Below the pieces are notes generated by a model, which did no database searches, was not told the DNA's origin, and saw only the letters and a list, made by a program, of their open reading frames with translations. A stretch of 61,743 bases of DNA, the filler included, from Platydemus manokwari (Eukaryota), in the NCBI GenBank assembly GCA_037951405.1. It is 5 parts of 5 records of this genome, joined end to end, with 100 filler letters (N's around TTAATTAATTAA, not from the genome) between each part and the next. Parts side by side here need not be neighbours in the genome. Positions count along the whole stretch, not along the records: positions 20,871 to 30,960 come from JBBMOY011170878.1; positions 31,061 to 42,172 come from JBBMOY010902199.1; 3 more parts are not named here. One strand, given 5' to 3'. The translations under genes were made by a program, and so were the position numbers. Positions 21,231-34,260 of the stretch are shown piece after piece. How positions within the stretch are numbered: the first letter of the stretch is position 1; the number at the start of each line of letters is the position of its first letter.

Positions 21231-24200
21231 AATCGATATTAAAACTTATAAACCCCAACAATATTATCAATTAATGAATGTGGGTGGGGATCCCAACATT
21301 ATTGTTAATGAACTAATTTGTGTAACATTTTGCTTTTATGTTGAATATGATCTTCTGTAATCTTTTAAAGTGTAAACCGGAGGGAGTGACAGTGAGCAAT
21401 CAATATTTGCGCAATATAATTAAAGATAAATTAAATAGACAACGATAGCGAGTATATAAGCAAAATAATTATAATAACAACAAAATGAAAAAATGAACAA
21501 AAATAAATAAATAATAACAATGAAAATAGCAGTAACAGTGCTAATAATAATATAAGAGTAAAATATAATAATAGCAAGAAAAATAATAAATAATAATAAT
21601 TAGCGTACAGGTTATGAAAAGAGAGCAACTATTGACAAGTTAAAACAAGAATAAAATAAAAAGTATTTGATCAAATCTGATTTGAAAAAAGAGTAGGACA
21701 GAAAAAGCAGATCATATAACAATAATGAAATAAAGATAGTAACGGCCATTATGTCGGAAAAATACATACAATAGTTTTTTGAGCATAAAATAAAAATGGC
21801 TTCGTCACACGAATGGCACCAGTAGTAAAAACTATACAAGCATACAGCAGCTTCAAAGACTCACACTTAAATGGAACACATACCGTAGAAGTAGTGAGTA
21901 TATACGACTGATATTCTTTGAATGTACAATTCTTATTATCATAAGTTACATTTCGTTTATACGTGCTATCATAATAAGCATGACTTAATTAATCTATAAT
22001 GAATAATCATTTTCGTCGTTCCAAATTACCGCTTTCCGATGTCCAGAACTACTTGCGTAGTGCGTTGCACAGTTGGAAAAAATCTTTTTGTTGATTTACT
22101 GATCACTGTTTTATTAATTTTTCTTAAATATATTTTTATAGTAGACCGTCGCATTTTCGATAACTATAACTGTTGATTTATTTACCATTAATGTGTTATT
22201 TTATATGTCTGATGCTAAACCAGAGCTGTTACAACAAGACCTTTCATTTCCTTGTTTAAACAATCAATCTAATTACTGTTCAATATATAGACAATTTTAT
22301 TGTAGTTTCCGATAGCCCTCATAGGACCAGCACAGCAATAAAATAACAAAAACCACACATTAAATTAATAAACATATAAAAAATCCATGAAATTAATCAG
22401 TAAATCATCAGAAAGAACAGGTGGTTGGAAGGTTAGATCACTTTAAATACGAAAGCAGTAGTTGATCCAGACACTCACACAAAACCTAAGCCACAGTTGC
22501 GATAATCACATTTTATCGGATCAAACAGAACAGATTTATTGAGTCATATTAACTGAATATTCGACATCCAGTGATTATATTTTGTTTGAGCCTTTGAGAA
22601 GATGTACTTCTAGTTTAATTGATTTTTTAAATTGAGCGCAGTAAGGGTTATTTCTTTTTTAAAATGTCTTAATTTTATGTTCTTTTAATTGATGATTAAA
22701 AATGACTCATAATTGCATTTATCGTAATTAACATCTCCCATATAACTGAACTCTTCTTCGTCCGCTTTCGGATTTTCAATAACTCGCTTTCGCGACGTGC
22801 TGAGCATTGGGTAAATTTTTATTGTTATATTTTCGGCTCTTGTTAACTATTTATTTCATAAATAAAAATTTATAAAAATTATCTTTAGAGTTTTGAATTA
22901 ATTTAAGGCACAGAAATCGGTGAAGAAACATTTATCGATCGATATCATAATTTTAGACCTATTATCAAAACATAAGCTAGTCTTTTCATCACGAAACTTA
23001 AATAATTAATATTCATACACATAGCAAATCGAAGTTAGCTTTCATAGCCTTTAGACCGTGCCAGCATTCTTATGAATAACGTGTTCTTCAAAACCCGTTG
23101 TTGAATTTCCTTAGGACTAGTAACCTAACGATAATAAAATTACTTAAACTTAACAACCAATAATCAATTATTAACCATAAAACAAAAACTTTGATTCTAT
23201 TTAATACTTTTATCTCGAGAATAATAGGAAGAATAAAATCTGCATAGCAACAATCCAACCAAAATATTAATTCTATTCTAAGAACGATTAAATCGGAAAT
23301 GTAGTGCTGATTTTTAAATATTAACCTATTATTTTCTTCCTCAATATCGAGAAATTTTTGGACATAAATTCCATCGTTTACGTGTATAGTGTAGTGTAAA
23401 AATATTAGTTGTGTAAAAGTATTGGTTTTGTATTATTTTCATAATTGTAATAAAAAGTTTATCATTAAAACGAGTCTTGTTGATCATTTGGTAGTTGGCC
23501 ATTAGGATTCATAAACTAGTTAATAAATATTTTACTATTGTTCATCATCTTTTGGTAATATTTTTGAAAACAATTAAAAAATAAAAGACTAAGGAGACAT
23601 ATTAGAAAGCATAAGTAAAATTAGTTTAATAAAATCATGATTTACTCCTCTAGATTTATCTCTGTATAAGTCGAGATCATCGAGGTGAAGAAAGGACATT
23701 AATGATTTTGTAATTGAACTAAATTATCGTTTGGAAACGATTTGGTTATTTTTGTTAAATAAATAGTTGGAAACTCATGCAATTTTCATAACCAGCTACT
23801 TTCTTTCTGAACTAGGAACGGTACCATTAACTACCATTCAGAGAACAACACGTTCAACAATTAAATTTGACATTATCATATTTAAACTTCACCTTTACTT
23901 TATCATCATTGAATTATTATTATAACTATTTATTAATTGGTTTGAATTATTAATACTATTTAGTTGCTTTCACTTTAGTGATTTTTGCACTGAACCTAAA
24001 ATTTGAACCTAAAATCTTATTATTAATCTCATTCATTATTATATTTAATCAGGTTTGTGATGAATAACACGACTTAAAGCCTATATATGCAACAAATCTT
24101 TTTTATAAACAAAGAAAATTAATTCATAAGAATACAGTACTTAATCGACACCAAAAAGTTCAATTATTTATTATTAATCTTGAAATATGTTTACAAGCAC

Positions 24201-24656
24201 TCTTTACCATCTAATTAACGATAAGCATTTATTAATAATAAATAAACTATTGAGGTTTAATCTAATTCGATCTCGAAAAACTCTCGATAACCACACTAAT
24301 GAAAATCCCTAATAATTTTTTATGCATGCACTACGACTCACAGATCTTCGGTTTACTTTTGCTTTTTCTTTCTGATTCTCAATAGAAAGAAATTGAATAT
24401 ATTGAGAATCAGAAACTTAAAGCACACAAGCTAACAGGAAGTATGATACTGTAAAGTTATAATTAAAATGCTAACAAATAATTTTTAAAATAAGTTCACT
24501 AATTTATTTCTGTTTTTACTGACATTAATTTTTCAGTTTAATGTAATTATACTCTATTTCCAAAGCTGATTGTTTAAATACTCATTTACAGTTATAAATA
24601 GAATTAATAAAATATTTCATCAATATATTCGAAAAAACATTTTATAATTAAGTAAA

Positions 24657-25379
24657 ATGGTATATGAAACTTAATTTAGTAATCTATCATTTGTGATCTT
24701 TTCCAGAAATTTGGTCTGTTTCTAAAGGCAAATCTCGAGAATGTTACGAATTTGCGTCCCGATAGGGATGAATTTCGATGGTATTTGAAAGTTGTTTTTT
24801 TTATTGTAATACTTACTACTATATTGATTTTAATAGATTAAGTGCTGTTCATGTAATGAAGTTACTCAAGATTTTATTTATTTTACTGAACATGTAAAAT
24901 TTTATTAATTATCCACATTACTTAGATTAATGGTTCATTGTAGGATAGCGTTGACATGAAAGGTGGTCGTGGTCATGTCAATTTTCTTTTAAGATGTAAA
25001 TTTTGCAAATTGGAAAGTTCTATTGGTAAAAATATTGTAATGAAATTCAATTATTACATTATTTAAGATTTAATAAAATCTTCAATTTTACCTTACAACG
25101 TAGAAGAAAATGAAAAGTATAAAATGATTTCCATCTTTGATTGTCGAGGTTTGGAACCAATCGAATTCGAACCCCGTCTGCTTTGGTTGGCTGATTCGAC
25201 GTCTTCGTCGACAAAATTTATGAATATAGATTTATCAGATAAAGTTTATTAGTTTTTATGAAATTGAATTATTAATTTTTTTGTGATTTCAGGATTGGGC
25301 TGAATATGACGAAACGGGAAACTGTACAGTGGGAATTTATGATTTGGAATCTAAGTTTGAAGTGTTAAAGGGTTATTAG
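24657..25379 (+). CDS. CZIB: CXXC motif-containing zinc-binding protein (UPF0587/DUF866, C1orf123 orthologue), complete, 162 aa; exons 24657-24659, 24707-24790, 24837-24893, 24944-25025, 25068-25243, 25293-25379
   Basis: M|KFGLFLKANLENVTNLRPDRDEFRWYLK|IKCCSCNEVTQDFIYFTEH|DSVDMKGGRGHVNFLLRCKFCKLESSI|DLIKSSILPYNVEENEKYKMISIFDCRGLEPIEFEPR..NIDLSDK|DWAEYDETGNCTVGIYDLESKFEVLKGY*. Two CxxC motifs plus GGRG, FDCRGLEP and DWxxYDE family motifs; five GT-AG introns of 47, 46, 50, 42 and 49 nt, all frame-consistent. Confidence 0.95.
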
Positions 25380-25979
25380 TGGCTTTCTTGTGTCTCTGTT
25401 GAATACATTTGTGATTGTTTTCTTAAATATTCTGTTAGATATTCTTGAGTCAGTTTAATTCATAAGATTAATAGAAATTTTATTGATACCACCAAGTGCC
25501 AAACTCGTTTTTAACATTTTGGAAATATTGATTTTATATAAACAAGTTTTTATCATATTTTTGCAGATAATAATTGGAACTAATTTTGTACATTAAATAC
25601 ATTTACACTAATAAACTGATTTCAACTGCCATTGACAAATAATATGCGCTTGTTTGTGATTAACATTGTATTAATATTTTCTGATCGTTTGTACCGATTT
25701 GACGATTTCGAGTATTTCAATATTAATTATTCCATGCTACTCTTGAAATATATATTATAGCTTCATAAATACGATTGCCCTCTATTCTGAATTTATCTTT
25801 ATTATTAAGTAATAATCTGTCACAGTTCGAATTTTTAAAATCTTCAATTTATTTTAGCGAAAAAATCTTTAGAAAATGAATAATTTCCATGCTAACAAAC
25901 ATTTTATTTACCAGTCGATTTTGATCTTAATTCTGAAAACAAATATTTCTTTATCAGTCATTTGGCTAGAGTTAAAATA

Positions 25980-26560
25980 GCGGTTTTAAAATAAAATTTT
26001 ATATTTGCTGAGTGTATTGCAAAATTCTATATAGTTTATTTAATTATATTTTTTAAAAACATTTTAAATTTTTTTATTTAAGTACTTAAGAAGAATTTTA
26101 GTTGTTTGTAATCAAATATTAAATAGAATAGAGCTTTAAAATCTTCTGAATTTAGTTTATTTAAAGATCTCAAAGTAGGTCAAATTGCAATTTATTGAAA
26201 ATTATCTATGACTTCTTTTAAACATTTGAAGCAAATTGATAGATATAATCTATTTTTACATTTTTTTAAATAAAAATAAGCACTGATGTTATTAAATATG
26301 CCTGTAATTAACAAACTCGATTTATAATTAAAAAAATTTAAATTTAAAACTCAAACAATCATATAGAAGTGATTATATATAATTAGCATAGAAATTTCGT
26401 TTTAAAGCTATGTTTTGTTCCTATTCGACATCCGAAAAAGTGAGATATTAACTGAATTATACGAATAAATCAAAGATCGTAATTATATATACAAAGTTCT
26501 AATATTATCTCATGCTTGAAAATTCATTATAACGAAGGGCCCATTTTCTTAACTTAAGCT
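25980..26560 (-). repeat. Interspersed repeat family A, ~580-bp inverted copy
   Basis: Reverse complement of 4750-5345 (GTGTATTGCAAAATT, TCAAAGTAGGTC, TGAGATATTAACTGAATTATAC, CCCATTTTCTTAACTTAA). Confidence 0.8.
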
Positions 26561-28540
26561 GAATTATTTGCTAACGATAAAAAGATTTAAATGTAATTTT
26601 TTTGTAATCATTAACCTTTTATATTTGTTTTTGTTCACTATTGGAGTGCTTTTCAATTACTTACATTTTTAGTTATGAAGAATCTAATAAATATTAATAG
26701 TTTATTTTAGAATTATTTTAAATCGAAAAATTGTGCTAAAATTAACATTAACTTTTTTTAAAACTTAAATTGATTCAATAAGGATTATATCAAAATAATG
26801 ACTTAAATATTGCATCTGTTAGCCTGTCAAATAAGTGTAGACTTTCAACTATTTCAAATAAAGGGTCTTCTATTATAATGTTGGAAAGTTGCGTTCTCTT
26901 TGATAAATTCTCCTTTTTAAAATTTGAATTCAAATATTATCATTCGTAAAAATTTTCAAAATAATTCATTAAAAATGAATGAGATTTATCTGATTCCATT
27001 CCTTATTTTTTGAATTCCCATCATGAACTCTAAAGTGTTGAAAATGATTGACCTTTAGTGGATATTTAATATAATATTTTCGAGATATCACACCAATAAT
27101 ATGGCAACGAGCGAATGCAATCAGCAGTGTCAAATCAAAAATATTTACCCGGAACTGATGGAAACAGATGGATTATAATTTGATTATCGAAAAAGATACA
27201 TGAACATCAACAGCTTGAATGAGTAGCTGGAGAAAAAAAATAGGAAATAATACGTATAAATAAGTCGAAGACAGATATGAAAAATCCAACTACAGATATT
27301 GGCACGTGAAAGCCGAATCCCCAGATGTCAATCCTAGCAATTAAATTTAGTATGTATTTATTCTTTGACTCTTGATATTATTGTATAAATATTCACAATT
27401 TTTATTATTATTATTATTTATTGTATATTATTTCATTGTAATATTTATTTTATAAATAGTTCGTGAACAATTATTTGATCTTTCTTTCAATTATGGTATC
27501 AACGTATATAAGCTACGGAATTTGCTATGTGTATTATTTTTATTAGTCAGTATTTGGTAAACAATTAACAACAGTGTTGATAATAATTAAAAAATATGTG
27601 ATAATGGTAATAATAAAATGATATATGATAGATTATAATAATATAAATGTAGATTAAAATTTTATTATAAAAATTCCAGCTTAAACGAGAGAACAGAATG
27701 TGATATCTGACATGAACAAAATCTTTAATAAACCACAAATAAAATAAATCATATAAAATTACTGCAAACAAACGAGAGCATACTTCATTAACACGAATGA
27801 AATAAATCAGAGAACAATTGCGAATCATTTGAATCTTGTGTCAGAGAATAATTAGTTCTACGCATTGGTAATTTGCTGAGACTTGTATAACATGTTGAGG
27901 TAAAAGTATTCATTTGGAGAATTATTTTTCTAATAGTAAACACATTTATAATTATAATTTTCGAAGATTCACGCTATAGGTAGTGGAAGCATTGTCCATT
28001 GTCAGCTCTTGACCGTAATTACAATCTCTCCAAAACAACCTTGTTTCATCATTATAAATAAAAAAAGTTGAGCTAAAAATTGCTAGGGTCTGCGCTAAAA
28101 TAGATATTTTGAAACAGTGGGTGTCTATTTTGATTTGAACAATATTTCAAGCTCAATATTATTTGGATAATTTTCAAGCGAATCGTACTATTATTCTCCG
28201 TTACAGCGAATTTTATTTATTATTTCTGAAGATTTCTACAATTCTATGATAAGTAATTTTTTTCATTATTGTTTTAATACTTAAAAGCAGTGCTATCCTT
28301 GTGTTTTTTAAAATTCAATAAAATGCTCATACTTCCCCACTTTCACATTTTACAGAGAGGCTTGTTTGAGCACCTAGGCGGCATGTCCTTTACTTTTATC
28401 TTGAGGTCACTGTACTTATACAATAGAATTATATATTGCCTTGTAGTTTTGTAATTAATCAAATATATTTTATTGTTTAATATGATCTTATTTTATATTT
28501 AGTGTTTATATTTTAAATATCATTTAACAATACCCAAGGA

Positions 28541-29070
28541 TTGAATTGTAGCAAAAACCTTACTTGTTGGAGTTCAGAACAGTTAAAGATTCAAAAATCT
28601 TACGACACAAACTTTATCACATCTTTAAAAGAATCTTATCTGGAATTCTCCACTATACACAATGAGCTCGAAACGGAAGATTGCTCATCAATTGCGATGG
28701 GTTTCACCATGATTAAGAATCAAAAATTTAAAGAATATAAAGTTACTTTTGAAACAACTGGATATGGAAAAGCATTGTTGTGTTGGCAAATGTTGAAAAT
28801 AATTCAAAATTGAATAAATCTGATATAGTAAATAATATTAATCTTCGAGAGAAATTTAATTTACGCATCAGACAATGCACTCCAAATTTTCCAAGCCTGC
28901 TTTCTGCCCTTCAAATCGAAAACACTGAGGAGTCAGCTGATTTTTAAATGAGTGATATGTCTGGAATTTGGTGACAAATCTTTCCCTACAGAAATCACAC
29001 CAAATTCGAATCCTACACTAGAACCTGCAGATTTCGATGGTCTAATAAAATCATGGATAGAGATATATTA
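28541..29070 (+). pseudogene. Decayed reading frame, possibly a hAT transposase C-terminus
   Basis: The frame of ORF 28541-28813 continues through four stops to ..WQMLKII..ASDNALQIFQACFLPFKSKTLRSQL..DFDGLIKSW*, loosely resembling the hAT dimerisation motif (ERxFS.LKLIKT.LRS.M..D.D.II..F/W). By-eye similarity only. Confidence 0.3.
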
Positions 29071-29548
29071 ATCTAATTAGTAATATATTTTTTTCATGAT
29101 TTTTGTTGTATAAAATTATCTTTATAAAATGAAAATATTTTGTAAAAATAGCTGTTATAAATCCTAAGTTTTCATTATATACAATTTTAATATTTAAATA
29201 TGAATGAGTGGATGAAGTGAGCTATTGAAATTTGTAAAGGGCTTTTTCTTACTGCTTAAAGTACACAAAAAATGGTAGCACATGAATATGCTACATAATA
29301 TAATTTTAAGAATAACAAACAGAATCCAAATCCAAATTGCGATGTAAATAACGAAACCAGTATCGATAGTGAATATACCATTCTTATTCAAATTCAAATG
29401 CGTTTTGGAACTTCTGAAAAAATTCTGAGTCAAATATTTGATTAAACCAAGCTTTCAAAAAGACTTAAACATGAAGTCACAAGCTGAATCAGCGAAATTT
29501 AGAATGATAGAAATGTTGGAGTTCATATGCTTTAAGTTTACGTTTTAA

Positions 29549-30960
29549 GTCTAAGATCTGAGGTTATCGCGAGTCGATTCTATCCCAACTTATGCGTGTT
29601 CAATATTTATTATTGTTTTAACACCTGACTCCAAAGGTGCTGTGTATAACTATGCTATGAAAACAAAGAGTTTATTAGAAATATATATTCAAATAATAAA
29701 TTACAATCTATTCAAATAATCAAATACAATCTATGAATAAATTAAGTTTGATAAAAAGTTTTTAATAATGACAAATAACCAGGCTAAGGGGTTTTTACTA
29801 ATTTACGCTTAATTAAGATTTAAAGATTTTACTGACTCTATATAGATCGAGCGAGTGATTTTAAATGTGGTCTCTTAGGTTTCCCGGTAAGAGCCCTAAG
29901 TTACTAATTTATTGGAGGTTAGGCCTATGTGGAACCGTAACCTCTTAGACCAGATTTGTTTTATATTTTAGAGTTTAGTAAAGTTAGACTCTAGCTGAAC
30001 TGGGTTCAATCTAGAGTAGCTTTGTATTTGGAATTGTTTAATTAGTGAATAAGTTTAAGATGCGAATCACCAGAACAACAGAACAGAGTTGTTGGTGAAC
30101 GAAATGGTTAGATAGGTTATACGTTGTCAATACCGGAACAACTCTTCTGGGTTGTTGGTATTTGTTAGTATTCTAATGAGTATTATTTATAACCAATATT
30201 TTATTTATGATAATATAATAATCAATATCACAGTATAAATTTTTTAGAGTAATATTCAAAAGTTGTTTATAATTAAGCAAAACTCTTTAAAGAAAGTAAA
30301 ATGACAAAGGCTTACGCTTATCGTTTCTTGAAGATTTCGAACAGAAAATTATCCTTGTAGTATATTATTTGGGTTAGATTTTTTAGCAGAACTTTATTCT
30401 TGGAGGATATTCTTTGAGATAGAATAAATTATTCTTTCTTTTTCTTTTGTTGTGTTTTTTTCTAGTTTCTTTTCCTCTTTTAATATGACTTGGTAAAGAT
30501 GGCAATAATTAGTTTCGACAATCGATAATTTGAATGCTGATAGAAATATTAGCGAGATATTTGAGAGATTGGATGACAATGGGAACTAATTTATTCAGCG
30601 TGAGCTGGAACTAATTCCTTGAACTGATTCAATCTAATTGCCTCATGCTTCTCTGCTTTGGAAAATTTTGTGTTTTAACTGGAACTAATTCCTCGAACTG
30701 ATTTAATCTAATTAGTAAATTATCTACTTTAATTTAGAAAATTTGTGTCTGATTTTCAATTTTTATTTGATTTTTTATACTCTTTCTTTTATTAAATTAT
30801 TTTTCTGTGGTTTATTTTTGTCGTTTCTTATTACGATTTTTGTTTTAAAAATTCTTATTTCCTATTTTTAGATTAATCTTCTATTTATTAGGTTGTAAAT
30901 AAAGTTCGCGGACAAAATTGTAAATAAAAATTTGCCATCACGTTTTGCCATCGATTTATT
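29549..30960 (+). mobile_element. Repeat family C copy (29549-29950) plus adjoining structured sequence running to the contig end; element class unassigned
   Basis: 29568-29936 is an inverted copy of 20871-21230. Short imperfect inverted ends GTCTAAG(ATCT)GAGGTTA and TAACCTCTTAGAC; hairpins 29988-30017 and 30069-30159; 35-bp direct repeats 30605-30639 and 30679-30713. Confidence 0.55.
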
Positions 30961-31060
30961 NNNNNNNNNNNNNNNNNNNNNNNNNNNNNNNNNNNNNNNN
31001 NNNNTTAATTAATTAANNNNNNNNNNNNNNNNNNNNNNNNNNNNNNNNNNNNNNNNNNNN
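30961..31060. other. Artificial contig spacer
   Basis: 44 N + TTAATTAATTAA + 44 N. Confidence 0.97.
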
Positions 31061-33637
31061 ATGATATCTATTAGTGTTCAAAAAACAAAAATAGATAATG
31101 AAAAAATCGTTTGTATAAAAATTGATTTTTTCAAAAGTAACACACATTTTTTTTCGAATATTTAAACAAATCTTAGATTTACCTGACTTAGATAAATAAA
31201 ATGATTATTTTCGCTACTTTAAATATTACTTTCTTTATCAATGAATAACACCGGTCATTCAAATATTGGAGTTTATGCTTAGAATTTATTCTTAAACAAT
31301 GTAAGGAATATCATGCTATGGATTGGATAGAATACAATTCTCACACTCAAGTGCAAAACGATTGTGAAGTTGAGTGAAATGGTCGTGTGTAAAAATCCAC
31401 CAATTATAAAACGACTCAATTGTAATTGAGAGATTCTTTGCCATATTTATACCAAATAAATATTTCGAACCGATCTATCAGTGAACTTTGTGCTGGAATT
31501 GTCAATAGTTCAATTATCAAAATCTCGTGACCTCTACAAAGGATAAGCTCGAAATCTTTAACCGTCAACATCATCATTGAACAATATTATTTTTATATGA
31601 ATTCCAAATAGAACATAATCGATAAGTGATCGAGTAAAAAATTATTGATGAAATTAATGCTCATGATAATATCAATTCAATCATTCCATAATATTATACA
31701 ACACCCTTGTAATGATAACTTAATCTCAACATTAAAACTTCAATGAAATGTATGAAAATCATCGATGAAAACAATTGGTCAATTTAGCTGCTACTCAATA
31801 ATCGGAAGTATTTGAAATGAAGGATTAATGAATTCTTTGGTAAACTCTATTTAATGGCATACAATATAATATCTGGAGATAACCATCAATCGTTATTAAA
31901 TCATCATCATTGTCAATATCTTCATTATTATTATCGCCGACATTATTATAGTTAATATCATAAACATAAGTATTCTTCGTTGTATCGATCTGTTACTATC
32001 ACATATATAAACTTTTATTAATAATACTAATCCCATTACCAGACCAATGTGACAGTGAATGTCTACGTGGTAAAATTAAGTAAGCCCATGTGGATATTTG
32101 TAATGTTCCATAAATGCCAACGCCTAATGCGATGACATCATACGGCGTGATTCATGCTGTATTCCAAACTTAAAAGAAAACTAACATCGGTTACGATCAA
32201 CATAGCTTGTGATAACATTTTGATTAAAAAAAAACGATTCGATTTGTTGACCAAAATGAATTTAACAACAAACACAACAATCACAAACATATATTTATTT
32301 AATGAATCAATCCGGACTGCTTTGTCATTCAAAATTGGCTTCAACGTTAAACATCGATGGTGAAATATTGATGAAAAAAACCCATTGATTTTTATCACGA
32401 ATCATTTATCATTGAATTATATCGATTTTATTGTTTTTATTATTGATTTTATTGATTGAAATTATTGATTAAAAATGACTAATAATTTCAATTTATAAAT
32501 TTCATCAATGATTTTAGAACATTCATAATAATCGATACAATAATTGTAATAATAATTATTATTATTATTGTATAATATCCTAAGCCTTAATTAAACAAAA
32601 AAAATAATTCTGACATTATCATGTGTGAATGGCAACGCTCATGTTGTCTTCCTATAATCGATCAAAGCGTTTTTCTCAGTCGAAAGCAAGTCAGTATAAT
32701 TGATAAAAGAATATTTTTGCAGTAGATATTGCTGGAGTGTCCCAATTAACCGAAAGCAAATGCATGAACTCTAATCATGAATTTTTTATTTAAAATAAAA
32801 TGATCACATTGCTTTTATCCAACAGTTGGGATGGGTTTTTTTTATCGAAGTAATTATATGAGTCGATCATTACGCTTATAGATAATATTAGTGTTCAAAT
32901 TGTAATTCCGCCTCGTGTTACAATTGAATGAAAGAAAATATAATAATACAATATTGATCGCACACAATCGTTTTGATGTTGATGAAAATATTGTCAAGAA
33001 TAAAATCATGAATATATCAGACAAGGAACTTCGATGAAGGCTAAAATGTTATTTTTTTCATGAATATTCGAGAACTATTCCACTAATCATGCCCCGCACG
33101 ACAAGAGCGAAAAATTTTTATTCGTGCAATAAAAGACTTTGTGCTCAGCTTGGATAATTTTCATAACACTCGGCTACGTCTAATCCATTCCTATTAGTGA
33201 ACAAATACAGAAAATACACTGTCAAATATTAGTAGGAAGTTGTTTTGGACTTGTAAGTCGCTATTGCTTCAAGAAGCACACATTGAAAACGACCGGAAAG
33301 GTCATGTCACAAGATCATGTATTATTATTAAAATTATTTCAATAAATTGGTATTTTTTTATATCAAAGTATAAAATGCTTTAACTTTTAAAATTCCCACA
33401 GGACTGATTTGATAACTCATTGCAATATCAGAATTAATTCGAAATAAAAAGTATCTCTCTCAATTAGACGCACTGGCTAATATAAAATTTGATGAATATA
33501 AAATTTGACTTCGAACGTCTTATTATTTTTCAGTCCAATTTATCGACCAATCCAAAATTAAAGTACAAGCTTAACTATGGCAACAACTTTTGTAATTTTG
33601 AATTTATATGAAATTTTTTCTTTGATCATAACAAATA

Positions 33638-34106
33638 CAGGATTGGAACGAAGGTCTTGTCCAATAGAAAATAATATTTATTTAATCAATAAAGACAACA
33701 TGTAAATTGAGAAATATAAACAAAACATGAATCGTCTGTAAATCTAAAAAAGTTCCATTTCCTTCACGATAACGCTCGACCGTATGCAGCAGGTTGAACT
33801 CAAAATAGGCTTGCTGAGATCGGATTTACGGTAATACCATCATACTCCCCACGCCTTGCCCATTCAGACTATCCCATATTTTATCCAATGGGAAACCCAC
33901 TTCGTGGAAAAAAGTATCTCTACGAAAACAGCATAAAATAACTTCCAGAACGCTGACAAAAGTGTGTGGACCTTAAAGGTGACTATTTTCAACATTTCAG
34001 ATTTACAGACAAATGATCTTTTATTTATATTTCTGAATTTACATATTGTCTTTATTGGTTAAATAAATATCATTTTCTATCATACAAGACTTTCGTTCCA
34101 ATACTA
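33638..34106 (+). mobile_element. Non-autonomous mariner derivative (~470 bp) with ~105-bp TIRs, TA target duplication and a decayed transposase C-terminus
   Basis: TA at 33636-33637 and 34107-34108; 33638-33745 is the inverted copy of 33999-34106. Interior reads FLHDNARPYAAG*TQNRLAEIGFTVIPSYSPRLAHSDYPIF..LRGKKYLYENSIK*LPER*QKCVDLKGDYF (mariner HDNARP, YSPxLAxSDY and LPERWQKC..GDYF motifs). Confidence 0.93.
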
Positions 34107-34260
34107 TATTTACCACAAGGGAACATTTTCTCTTTAAAATATTTAACATACGACCGAAGAAAATATAAAACGATAAAATAAAATCATGAATTAAATGATA
34201 TGGGCAGGATATTAATAATAGACATTGAGTATAACAATCATTAAATTATGAGATACTCAC

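Noticed and set aside
21431-21839. Hydrophobic minus-strand ORFs (65 and 75 aa) as membrane proteins
   Set aside because: Translation of A-rich/AAT low-complexity DNA; the same applies to most 60-90 aa F/I/L/N/K-rich ORFs in the track.
30581-30713. 35-bp direct repeats with a ~39-nt spacer as a mini-CRISPR
   Set aside because: Only two full units, the inter-repeat sequences are themselves partly similar, no cas genes, eukaryotic context.
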